Assembly (NCBI GenBank): GCA_023410875.1
Contig: JAEYPH010000043.1
Coordinates: forward strand, 19,096-83,095
Origin: Bacillota bacterium
Lineage (GTDB): Bacteria; Bacillota; Clostridia; Christensenellales; UMGS416
Reading direction: 5' to 3'
Length of the DNA stretch: 64,000 bases
The notes under the pieces were generated by a model. That model was not told where the DNA came from, searched no databases, and worked only from the letters and a program-made list of their open reading frames with translations. Made by a program: the position numbers and the translations under genes. Numbering within the stretch: the stretch's first letter is position 1; each line of letters begins with the position of its first letter. Of this stretch, positions 18,178-27,246 are shown piece by piece.

Positions 18178-19461
18178 CTATTGCATATCGCTCAGGTCTT
18201 TCATTTGCCGAGCGAGGTTGTTTACTTTTTCCTTGAGCTTGAAGATGCAATCCAGTTCCACCGCCTGACCCTTTACAATGTCCTCGGCCAGCGCACGGCA
18301 CGTGGGTGCGCCGCAGGATCCGCAATCCAGTCCTTTGAAGCCCTCGGTCAGGCGCTCGATGTGTTCCATCATCTCCATGGCCCGCCCGATGTCGTCGTCC
18401 AGCTTGAGTACCGGCTGCTCGGGCAGCGAGCGTGTAAAGGCAATATCCATGTCCGGCGTTTCCGGCCGGGCCGGCTTCGTGCTCTGCTGCATCTTCTCCA
18501 CCAGGCGGCGGATGCGGTTCTTGGCCACATAGGCGTTTTCAAAGGTCAGAGCGCCGCCCACGCAGCCGCCCTGGCAGGCCAGGCCCTCGAAGAACTGCAG
18601 GTCGGAAAGCTTGTTGTCCTCTATTTGCTCCAGCACGCGGATGACGTTGTGGATGCCGTCCACGGCCAGCGCGTTGTCGCAGCCCACAGCCGTGCTCTCG
18701 CCGCCGGAATTGGCCCAGCCGATGCCGGCGAAGCTGGCGCGGTCGCCCTGGAATTCCTCTCCGGGATGGCGCATCTGGCCGCTCAGCAGGCCGTAGATTT
18801 CCAGAATGGAGATTGCCCCGTCCACATTGGATTTTTCCAGACCCAACGGATTGCGTATGCTGGTCATCTTGGCTGGGCACGGCGTCAGGAAGAACGCGCC
18901 GATCTGCTCGATGGGCACGCCCCTCTCCTTGGAAAACTGTTCCTTGGCCAGTTTGGCTGCGACCTCCACCGGGGCCAGCAGGTCCACAACGTTGGGCAGC
19001 AGGTCGGGAAAGCGCACCTGGATCAGCCGTACGACCGCCGGGCACGCCGAGGAGATCAGCGGCAACGGGTGGTCATGGTCGCTCACAAGCAGCTTGCGCA
19101 TCTGGGCGCTCACGATGTCGGCGCCGCGGGCTACTTCATACACCCAGTCGAAGCCCATGGCCACCAGCCCGCCCAAAAGCGAGCCGATGGAGTTCAGGTT
19201 TTTGAACTGGCCATAGAGCGAGGGCGCCGGCAGAGCGATCTTGTATGGGAAGGATGAGATGACGCTGATGTTGTCCGTTGTGGCGATCTTCGCGTGATAG
19301 GGGCATGTGCGGATGCACTCGCCGCAATCCACGCACCGCTCGGCGATGATGTGGGCCTTGCCGCCCCGTACGCGGATGGCCTCGGTGGGGCAGCGCTTGA
19401 GGCAATTGGTGCATCCTTTGCATTTTTCGCTGTCCAGCGTCACACTGTGGAAATACTTCAT
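18178..19461 (-). CDS. Putative sensory [FeFe]-hydrogenase-like protein (HydS-like, group C type, no PAS domain)
   Basis: N-terminal 2x[4Fe-4S] region (CKGCTNCLKRCP, CVDCGECIRTCP). Degenerate H-cluster motifs are ISSACPAV, LTPCPAKMTS and FEGLACQGGCVGG. A C-terminal CGSCGAPTC-x16-C motif is present. Start MKYFHS (Met19 of the ORF) is preceded by GGTGAGG. Confidence 0.85.
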   Translation of the reverse strand: MKYFHSVTLDSEKCKGCTNCLKRCPTEAIRVRGGKAHIIAERCVDCGECIRTCPYHAKIATTDNISVISSFPYKIALPAPSLYGQFKNLNSIGSLLGGLVAMGFDWVYEVARGADIVSAQMRKLLVSDHDHPLPLISSACPAVVRLIQVRFPDLLPNVVDLLAPVEVAAKLAKEQFSKERGVPIEQIGAFFLTPCPAKMTSIRNPLGLEKSNVDGAISILEIYGLLSGQMRHPGEEFQGDRASFAGIGWANSGGESTAVGCDNALAVDGIHNVIRVLEQIEDNKLSDLQFFEGLACQGGCVGGALTFENAYVAKNRIRRLVEKMQQSTKPARPETPDMDIAFTRSLPEQPVLKLDDDIGRAMEMMEHIERLTEGFKGLDCGSCGAPTCRALAEDIVKGQAVELDCIFKLKEKVNNLARQMKDLSDMQ

Positions 19462-19572
19462 AACCTCACCTTGTTGCATCCAGAATACAATGTTGTACAT
19501 TCTAATGCAACTCAAACAAGCTTTGAGGCTGTCGGGCTAGATGCATAAAGTGCAAACTTCAGATAGCTGGTA

Positions 19573-19727
19573 AGGATTTCGCGCCTTTCTTGGCGCGACC
19601 TGCGCACCATCTCGCCGGCATCCAGCCGGCTGAAGCGGCAAAGCCGCTTCCGATGGTGCTGGGCTGCGGCGCATCCTGCGCAAGGGCCAAAGGGCTTTCC
19701 GATCGCCCTTTGGAAACCTTCGGCCTC
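19573..19727 (-). repeat. Structured intergenic repeat, copy A (core 19687-19724)
   Basis: The reverse complement carries the invariant core GCCGAAGGTTTCCAAAGGGCGATCGGAAAGCCCTTTGG and the 3' block GCGAAATCC that are shared with copies B, C and D. It lies between the GHKL ATPase gene and the HydS-like gene. Confidence 0.85.
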
Positions 19728-19780
19728 TATCTGATTATTATTTATGCAATCATGCCATTAACACAACAGCCCTTATATCC

Positions 19781-20209
19781 TTAGCGCAGCGGAAAGCGCA
19801 TGGTGACCGTGGTCCCCTGCGCTCCGGTCTGCAGCTCAAATTCGCCGGCGCACCGAGCCATATTGGGCAAGCCCATGCCCGCGCCGAAGCCCAGCTCCCG
19901 CACGCTGTCCGGCGCTGTGGAAAAGCCCTCGGTCATCGCCTGCTCCACATCGGTGATGCCCGGTCCGCTGTCCGAGGCGATCAGCGTGATGCGGTCGCGG
20001 CTGACCGACAGCGTCAGCTGCCCGCCGTGGCTGTGGATGATGATGTTGAGCTCTGCCTCGTAACTGGCAATGGAGATGCGCCGTACCATCTGTGTTTCGA
20101 TGCCCAACCGTTTGAGCACATCCTTGATGGCGGCGGACGCATCGCCGGCGGCGTTGAAATCGCCGGCGACCACCGGATAGCGTTCGATCAGGCTGCCCTC
20201 ACTGCCCAT
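19781..20209 (-). CDS. GHKL ATPase / anti-sigma-factor-like Ser kinase domain protein (RsbW/SpoIIAB-like)
   Basis: MGSEGSLIERYPV...ASYEAELNIIIHS...DSGPGITDVEQA...GFGAGMGLPNM shows HATPase_c-type N, G1 and G2 boxes. I used the internal Met24 of ORF 19781..20278, which overlaps the upstream DRTGG gene by 11 nt. Confidence 0.7.
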   Translation of the reverse strand: MGSEGSLIERYPVVAGDFNAAGDASAAIKDVLKRLGIETQMVRRISIASYEAELNIIIHSHGGQLTLSVSRDRITLIASDSGPGITDVEQAMTEGFSTAPDSVRELGFGAGMGLPNMARCAGEFELQTGAQGTTVTMRFPLR

Positions 20210-20558
20210 TTCCCCTGCCTTCTCCGCGAAGGCCGTTGTTGTAGAGTATGCCGCAGGCGGTGAACAGCGTGTGTTCACACCGCATCACGGCGATCCCTCG
20301 TTCCCCGGCCATCTGCAGGATTTCATCACTTGGTATTTTCCCGCGGACGAAAACGATCAAGGTCAGGTCCAGCATTTCCGCTGTGCGCACCACGTGGGGG
20401 TTCGTAAGGCCGGTCAGCAGGCAGGTCTTGTCGCTCACGCTGGCCAGCACGTCGCTCATCAGATCGCTGCCGCAGGCGGAGCGGACTTCGTGATCCAGCT
20501 TGTCCTCCCCGCACAGCAGCTCGGCGTCCAAAAGGGGAATCATGTCCTTGACCTTCAT
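20199..20558 (-). CDS. DRTGG domain protein
   Basis: 119 aa. ...GSDLMSDVLASVSDKTCLLTGLTNPHVVRTAEMLDLTLIVFVRGKIPSDEILQMAGERGIAVM. It is the first gene of the regulatory cluster. Confidence 0.7.
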   Translation of the reverse strand: MKVKDMIPLLDAELLCGEDKLDHEVRSACGSDLMSDVLASVSDKTCLLTGLTNPHVVRTAEMLDLTLIVFVRGKIPSDEILQMAGERGIAVMRCEHTLFTACGILYNNGLRGEGRGNGQ

Positions 20559-20580
20559 CTTTCGTCCTCTATATCGGAAA

Positions 20581-21477
20581 TTAAGTACTCTTCAATTTCT
20601 GCTCCAATTTGAGCAGTATTTCTATGATATTATATTTTAACCCGGAAAGCAACGCCGCCGAATCACCGCCGCCGGCTTGCGCCAGAGCGTTCAAATTGCT
20701 GGCGCTTTCGGTGAGCGCCTCATGCAGCTTGACAATCTGCGGTGTGCTCGGGTGCCCCAGCGCCTGGGTCAGCGCGTCGTCGGTCTCGGTGAACTTGCGG
20801 GCACTGGCGCTGATGACGGCCAGATAGTCGTCCGCGCTCCCCTGCTTTGCCTGTGCCTTCTTCTGCGTGTCGATCAGCACGACGATCTGGCTTTGCATCA
20901 CGAGCAAGGCGCTGCGGATTGTGGCGATCTGCTCCTTTGTGGCGGTAACCCTCCAGGTGATGCCGCTGACCTCCACCTTGAGCATGCTGGCGTCGGCGAC
21001 TGAGCCGTTCTTGTATTGGTCGCGCACGGCCTTGGCATCGGCCTGCCCATAATACACCGAATCCACAACGCGGAACTGATCGCCGTCGCGCAGGATGTAG
21101 CCGGAGGCGCCGGAGGGCTTCATCTGGTCGGCCAGCGCCCGGGCGTTCTCTTCCTTGTTGAACACGCCCAGCTGCACACCATACAGCGTGATCGGGTTCA
21201 GCTTGATCTCCTCGGTGCCGCTGCCGGATACCGCTGTCACGGTTGCTGTGGCGGAAGCCGAAGCCGACGGCGTCGGCGACAGCGTAACGGCCGGGGTTGT
21301 TTTCATGGCCGACGGCGAGGGCGAGGCGGTACCGTCGCCAAAGAGGATGGAGCCGATGTCCAGCGCCTGGAAAACATAGATGAACAACGCGACCACCACC
21401 AGCAGCAATACGATGGAAGCCACGCCAGCCGAGTCGTTCTGCTTCTTCTTACCACGGGCACTTCTTCTTCGGCGCAT
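20581..21477 (-). CDS. SPOR-domain membrane-anchored protein
   Basis: Basic N-terminus (MRRRRSARGKKK) plus one TM helix, then a Ser/Thr/Pro/Ala-rich (low-complexity) linker. The SPOR-like block is YGVQLGVFNKEENARALADQMKPSGASGYILRDGDQFRVV, followed by a helical C-terminal half. Confidence 0.65.
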   Translation of the reverse strand: MRRRRSARGKKKQNDSAGVASIVLLLVVVALFIYVFQALDIGSILFGDGTASPSPSAMKTTPAVTLSPTPSASASATATVTAVSGSGTEEIKLNPITLYGVQLGVFNKEENARALADQMKPSGASGYILRDGDQFRVVDSVYYGQADAKAVRDQYKNGSVADASMLKVEVSGITWRVTATKEQIATIRSALLVMQSQIVVLIDTQKKAQAKQGSADDYLAVISASARKFTETDDALTQALGHPSTPQIVKLHEALTESASNLNALAQAGGGDSAALLSGLKYNIIEILLKLEQKLKST

Positions 21478-21557
21478 TGTACATTCCTCCAGCAAGGTGT
21501 TATGATACAGGATATTCATCGAACCGGTATTTATGTATTCATACAGGAGGAATTTAT

Positions 21558-22391
21558 ATGTACCAGCCGGAGGCAGTGCGCGCTTTCTATGACAGCTACG
21601 GTCAGCGCGAATGGCGCCGTCTGGATTCCTCAGCTTATTCGCGGCTTATATATCACAACCACATGGCGTTTCTGCAAGGGTATTTGAAAGAAGGCGTTCG
21701 CGTGCTGGACGCCGGATGCGGCGGCGGGCGTTTCTCCATCCCGGCGGCGCAGGCCGGCTGCCTCGTCACGTGCCTGGATCTGTCCGGCGAGCAGGTGGAC
21801 ATCGCCCGACAGAACATGCAGGATGCGGGCCTCATGGCCCGCGCGCAGGGCTTCGTGCAGGCGGATGTAGCCGACCTGCGGGAATTGACCAACGAATCCT
21901 TCGACGTCGTAATCTGCTTCGGCGCGGTTCTCAACTATCTGGGTGATCGTGCCGGCGACGCCATCCGCGAGCTGGCCCGCGTGGCTCGGCCCGGCGGCAC
22001 ACTGTTTTTCAGCGTAAACAGCCTGTTCGGCATCCTGCGCTCCACGGCAGCCAACGATGGCGTGGGCTTCTGGGGCCGTCCGGACTATTGGAGGATCGAC
22101 GAAGTGACCGCTTCCGGCGATCTGCCCGGGCATGAGGCCATAGAGCACCCGCCGCGGCACTTCTACCGGGCGGCGGAATTCCGGGCGCTGCTGGAGAGCT
22201 GCGGCCTGTGCAATGTCGCCCTGGGCGCAGCGCCTTCCATACTGAGCGGCCTGCGCCAACAGGCCGAGGCGCTGGAAGCCGACCCGGTGGCGTGGGCCGC
22301 CGTGCTGCGGGCCGAGGACGCGGCCTTCCGCCTGGAGCACATGGCCGATGCCGGCGAATTCCTGTTAGCCAGGGGAACCGTGCCGGATTGA
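21558..22391 (+). CDS. Class I SAM-dependent methyltransferase
   Basis: Start MYQPEAV follows an AGGAGG RBS. Motif I is VLDAGCGGGRFS and the post-I motif is VTCLDLS. Confidence 0.8.
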   Translation: MYQPEAVRAFYDSYGQREWRRLDSSAYSRLIYHNHMAFLQGYLKEGVRVLDAGCGGGRFSIPAAQAGCLVTCLDLSGEQVDIARQNMQDAGLMARAQGFVQADVADLRELTNESFDVVICFGAVLNYLGDRAGDAIRELARVARPGGTLFFSVNSLFGILRSTAANDGVGFWGRPDYWRIDEVTASGDLPGHEAIEHPPRHFYRAAEFRALLESCGLCNVALGAAPSILSGLRQQAEALEADPVAWAAVLRAEDAAFRLEHMADAGEFLLARGTVPD

Positions 22392-22457
22392 GGAGGTCTG
22401 TACATAGATATTCGGATTGCGACCGAGGAATACCTGGACGACTGCCTGGCGCTGGCG

Positions 22458-22862
22458 ATGAAGCTGTGGCCGGATGGCGAGCCCTGTGAGCGGATGGATG
22501 CCTTGCTGAAGGACATCCGTTCTGAGGATTGGGCGTGCCTGCTGTGCCATGACGGGGATCACGCTGTCGGGTTCACGGAACTTTCGCTGCGCAAGGACTA
22601 TGTGGAAGGCTGCGACAGCGGCCCGGTGGGCTATCTGGAAGGCGTGTATGTGCTGCCGGAATACCGCCGCCGGGGCGTGGCCAAGGCGCTGCTGGCCTTC
22701 GCCGAGCAGTGGGCCGCGGGCAAGGGCTGCACCCAGATGGCGTCGGATTGTGAGCTCACCAATGACGACAGCCTGCGCTTCCACCTGGGCAGCGGCTTCA
22801 CCGAGGCCAACCGCATCATCTGCTTCGTCAAGGATATCGACCCCAGAGCGGGCAAAGCATAG
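22458..22862 (+). CDS. GNAT N-acetyltransferase, AAC(6')-I-like
   Basis: VGYLEGVYVLPEYRRRGVAKALLAFAEQWAAGKGCTQMASDCELTNDDSLRFHLGSGFTE resembles aminoglycoside 6'-N-acetyltransferases. The conserved N-terminal segment (IRIATEEYLDDCLALA) lies in frame upstream of the first ATG, so the true start is probably near 22404 (see findings). Confidence 0.75.
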   Translation: MKLWPDGEPCERMDALLKDIRSEDWACLLCHDGDHAVGFTELSLRKDYVEGCDSGPVGYLEGVYVLPEYRRRGVAKALLAFAEQWAAGKGCTQMASDCELTNDDSLRFHLGSGFTEANRIICFVKDIDPRAGKA

Positions 22863-22878
22863 AGTTGAGGAGCCGGCC

Positions 22879-23655
22879 ATGAGAGAAACCATCGACACCA
22901 TGCCCCTGTGGGACGCCTTCCGCCAGAGCGGGCAATGCCCGTTCTGTTTTTTGAAGAACCACCTGCAGGCGCTGTATCTGGATATGTATCTGGGCGATTC
23001 AGTCATGGAGCCCGACGTGCGCGTACAGACCAACCGCAGCTTCTTCTGCCGCGAGCACACCAAGCTGCTCTATGAGCAGAAGGTCAGCAAGCTGGGCCTG
23101 GCACTGATGACCCACACCCATCTGCTGGAGGTGCAGCGTCAGGCGCTCTCACAGATGGACGCCATCGAAAAGAGCATTCGCGACAGCGCGCCGCTGCTCA
23201 AACGCCTGGGCGCGGCCAAAGACATCAACGCCCAGCTGGCCGAGGCCGCCGCGACGGTGGAGCGTCGGGAACAGGAGTGTGTGATCTGCGCCCGTATGCA
23301 AAGCCATATGACGCGATACCATGAAACAGCTCAGCATATGTGGACCCATGACAGCGCTTTCCGGGAGCTGTTCAACAACAGCCAGGGCTTCTGCCTGCCC
23401 CACTGGTCGGCGCAGTTAAAGGCCGCTCAGGGTACGCTGCTGGCCGGTGGGGACAGGGATTTTATCCTGAAACTCAACGAGATCGAAAAAAGGTCGCTGA
23501 CCAAGATGGCCGACGACCTGGAATGGTTCACGAAGAAGTTCGACTACCGCAACGCCAACGCGCCCTGGAAGGATTCCAAGGACGCTGTGCCCCGGGCGCT
23601 CAACATGCTCAAGGGCTATACCGTGCCGTCTGACGGCGGTTCCTCCGAGGGCTGA
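22879..23655 (+). CDS. Cys-rich hypothetical protein (DUF6062-like; two CxxC...C/H pairs)
   Basis: Start MRETIDT follows a GAGGAG RBS. Motifs are CPFC...CREH and CVIC...CLPH. The family name is from memory and tentative. The upstream part of ORF 22549..23655 overlaps the GNAT gene and was discarded. Confidence 0.55.
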   Translation: MRETIDTMPLWDAFRQSGQCPFCFLKNHLQALYLDMYLGDSVMEPDVRVQTNRSFFCREHTKLLYEQKVSKLGLALMTHTHLLEVQRQALSQMDAIEKSIRDSAPLLKRLGAAKDINAQLAEAAATVERREQECVICARMQSHMTRYHETAQHMWTHDSAFRELFNNSQGFCLPHWSAQLKAAQGTLLAGGDRDFILKLNEIEKRSLTKMADDLEWFTKKFDYRNANAPWKDSKDAVPRALNMLKGYTVPSDGGSSEG

Positions 23656-24098
23656 TACTGCTCGAAGCGGATACCCGACTCCTGAACCAGCGTGAGGGTG
23701 AAATCATCAGGATACGGATTGGCGTATACGAGTCGCTCAATACCCGCATTGATGATGAGCCGCATGCAGATGGAGCATGGTTGATGCGTGCTGTAAAGTG
23801 TCGCGCCTTCGATTGCGATGCCCATACGCGCCGCCTGTATGATGGCGTTTTGCTCGGCGTGGATGGCGTAGCACAGCTGTCCCTGCTGCCCGGACGGGAT
23901 GCCCAAGCGGCGACGCATACACTCGCCTCGTTCCTTGCAGGGAACCACGCCAACAGGCGCGCCGTTGTAGCCCGTGGCTACGATCCGCTTGTTCTTAACG
24001 ATGACCGCCCCCATCTGGCGGCTGGGCTGGTAGCAGCTGGACCATGTGCCGACCATCGCGGCCATGTCCATAAAACGTTTATCCCATTTGTCAAACAT
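23616..24098 (-). CDS. dCMP deaminase (ComEB-like cytidine/deoxycytidylate deaminase)
   Basis: Start MFDKWDKRFM. The zinc motifs HAEQNAI and PCSICMRLIINAG are present. I used the internal Met37 of ORF 23616..24206. Confidence 0.85.
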   Translation of the reverse strand: MFDKWDKRFMDMAAMVGTWSSCYQPSRQMGAVIVKNKRIVATGYNGAPVGVVPCKERGECMRRRLGIPSGQQGQLCYAIHAEQNAIIQAARMGIAIEGATLYSTHQPCSICMRLIINAGIERLVYANPYPDDFTLTLVQESGIRFEQYQPSEEPPSDGTV

Positions 24099-24237
24099 GC
24101 AACACTCCGATATGCCTTTATTCTGATATTTTAGCGGATTTTCGTCATGATGCAAGGGGTAGTTTTCTTTTGAGCCCCCAGGCCGCCGGAATTGCCAGTT
24201 GTTCACAGAATATTAAAAAAAACCGGCTACTTCCCTG

Positions 24238-24266
24238 TTGATTTTCCGAGGATGAACCGTTATCAT
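24238..24266 (+). promoter_or_regulatory. SigA-type promoter of groESL
   Basis: TTGATT, then a 17-nt spacer, then TATCAT, immediately upstream of the CIRCE element. Confidence 0.6.
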
Positions 24267-24269
24267 TAG

Positions 24270-26267
<1,998 letters not shown>

Positions 26268-26315
26268 GATAATTCGGACGGGGGACACGTCCCCCGCCGA
26301 GCCACCCCCTTTTGG

Positions 26316-26343
26316 TCGCCCGCGATGCTTGCATCGCGGGCGA
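26316..26343 (+). terminator. Probable groEL terminator hairpin
   Basis: TCGCCCGCGAT-GCTTGC-ATCGCGGGCGA, followed by TTGCTAT. The U-tract is weak. Confidence 0.45.
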
Positions 26344-26438
26344 TTGCTATGCGCTTATCCGCCGTTAGCCGCCCGCCGCTCATGTCGCCGGGCGGCTGAC
26401 CGTTTCATCTCCCTGTGCTTGCGGCGCATGGTGCGATG

Positions 26439-26620
26439 GACCGCTGCGGCGGGGCTTTTACGACTGCCTCTTCCCTGCTGCCGTTTGCCTAGGCCGGATA
26501 AACCGGCCGTCAGCGTCAGGCTTCCGGTTATCGCTCGCTTATCATTTATTAATTGGGTGCCGAAGGTTTCCAAAGGGCGATCGGAAAGCCCTTTGGTTGC
26601 ACCCGCAGGTGCGAAATCCT
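26439..26620 (+). repeat. Structured intergenic repeat, copy B (core 26559-26596; extended module shared with copy C)
   Basis: Contains GGGTGCCGAAGGTTTCCAAAGGGCGATCGGAAAGCCCTTTGGTTGCACCCGCAGGTGCGAAATCC. Upstream blocks GACCGCTGCGGCGGGG, CCGTTTGCCT and CAGGCTTCCG are also present in copy C. Confidence 0.85.
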
Positions 26621-26624
26621 GCTA

Positions 26625-26660
26625 AAAGGCCCTCTGCCAATATCTCGGCAGAGGGCCTTT
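26625..26660. terminator. Bidirectional terminator (efp / groEL region)
   Basis: AAAGGCCCTCTGCC-AATATCTC-GGCAGAGGGCCTTT. On the minus strand it is followed by TTTTAG, and it lies 17 nt after the efp stop. Confidence 0.75.
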
Positions 26661-26676
26661 GTAAACGAATTGTGGG

Positions 26677-27234
26677 TTAGGCTCTTTCCATGTACTCACC
26701 GGTACGGGTGTCAATGCGCAGCTTTTCCCCGGTGTTAATGAAGAGAGGAACCATGACCGTGTAGCCGGTCTCCAGCTTTGCGGGCTTCAGGGTGTTGGTG
26801 GCGGTGTCGCCCTTGAAGCCGGGCTCGGTCTCCACAACTTTGAGCTCCACAAAGTTCGGCGGCTGCACCGAGAAGGGCTTGCCCTTGAAGAAGCGGATCG
26901 TCACACTCATGTTCTCCACGAGGTAAGGCAGCGCCTCCTCGATCTGATCCTTTGTCAGCTGCAGCTGTTCGAAGTTCTCGTTGTCCATGAAGTGATAGAA
27001 CTCGCCGTCCTCATAAAGGTACTGCATGTCCTTGGTTTCGATCATGGCTCTGGGCATCTTGTCCGTGGGGTTGAAGGTGCGCTCCAGCACCGCGCCGGTG
27101 ATGACGTTCTTGATCTTCGTGCGCACAAAGGCCGCACCCTTGCCGGGCTTCACATGCTGGAAATCGACGATGACAAACACGTTGTTTTCGATCTCGATGG
27201 TCAGACCCTTTTTAAAATCGCTGGCATTGATCAT
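26677..27234 (-). CDS. efp: Elongation factor P
   Basis: 185 aa. [44 protein letters not shown]. Confidence 0.97.
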   Translation of the reverse strand: MINASDFKKGLTIEIENNVFVIVDFQHVKPGKGAAFVRTKIKNVITGAVLERTFNPTDKMPRAMIETKDMQYLYEDGEFYHFMDNENFEQLQLTKDQIEEALPYLVENMSVTIRFFKGKPFSVQPPNFVELKVVETEPGFKGDTATNTLKPAKLETGYTVMVPLFINTGEKLRIDTRTGEYMERA

Positions 27235-27246
27235 TGGTGTCCTCCG

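Noticed and set aside
22549-22878. N-terminal 110 codons of track ORF 22549..23655
   Set aside because: This part overlaps the GNAT gene in another frame and has Ala/Arg/Trp-rich shadow composition. The real gene starts at the RBS-preceded ATG at 22879.
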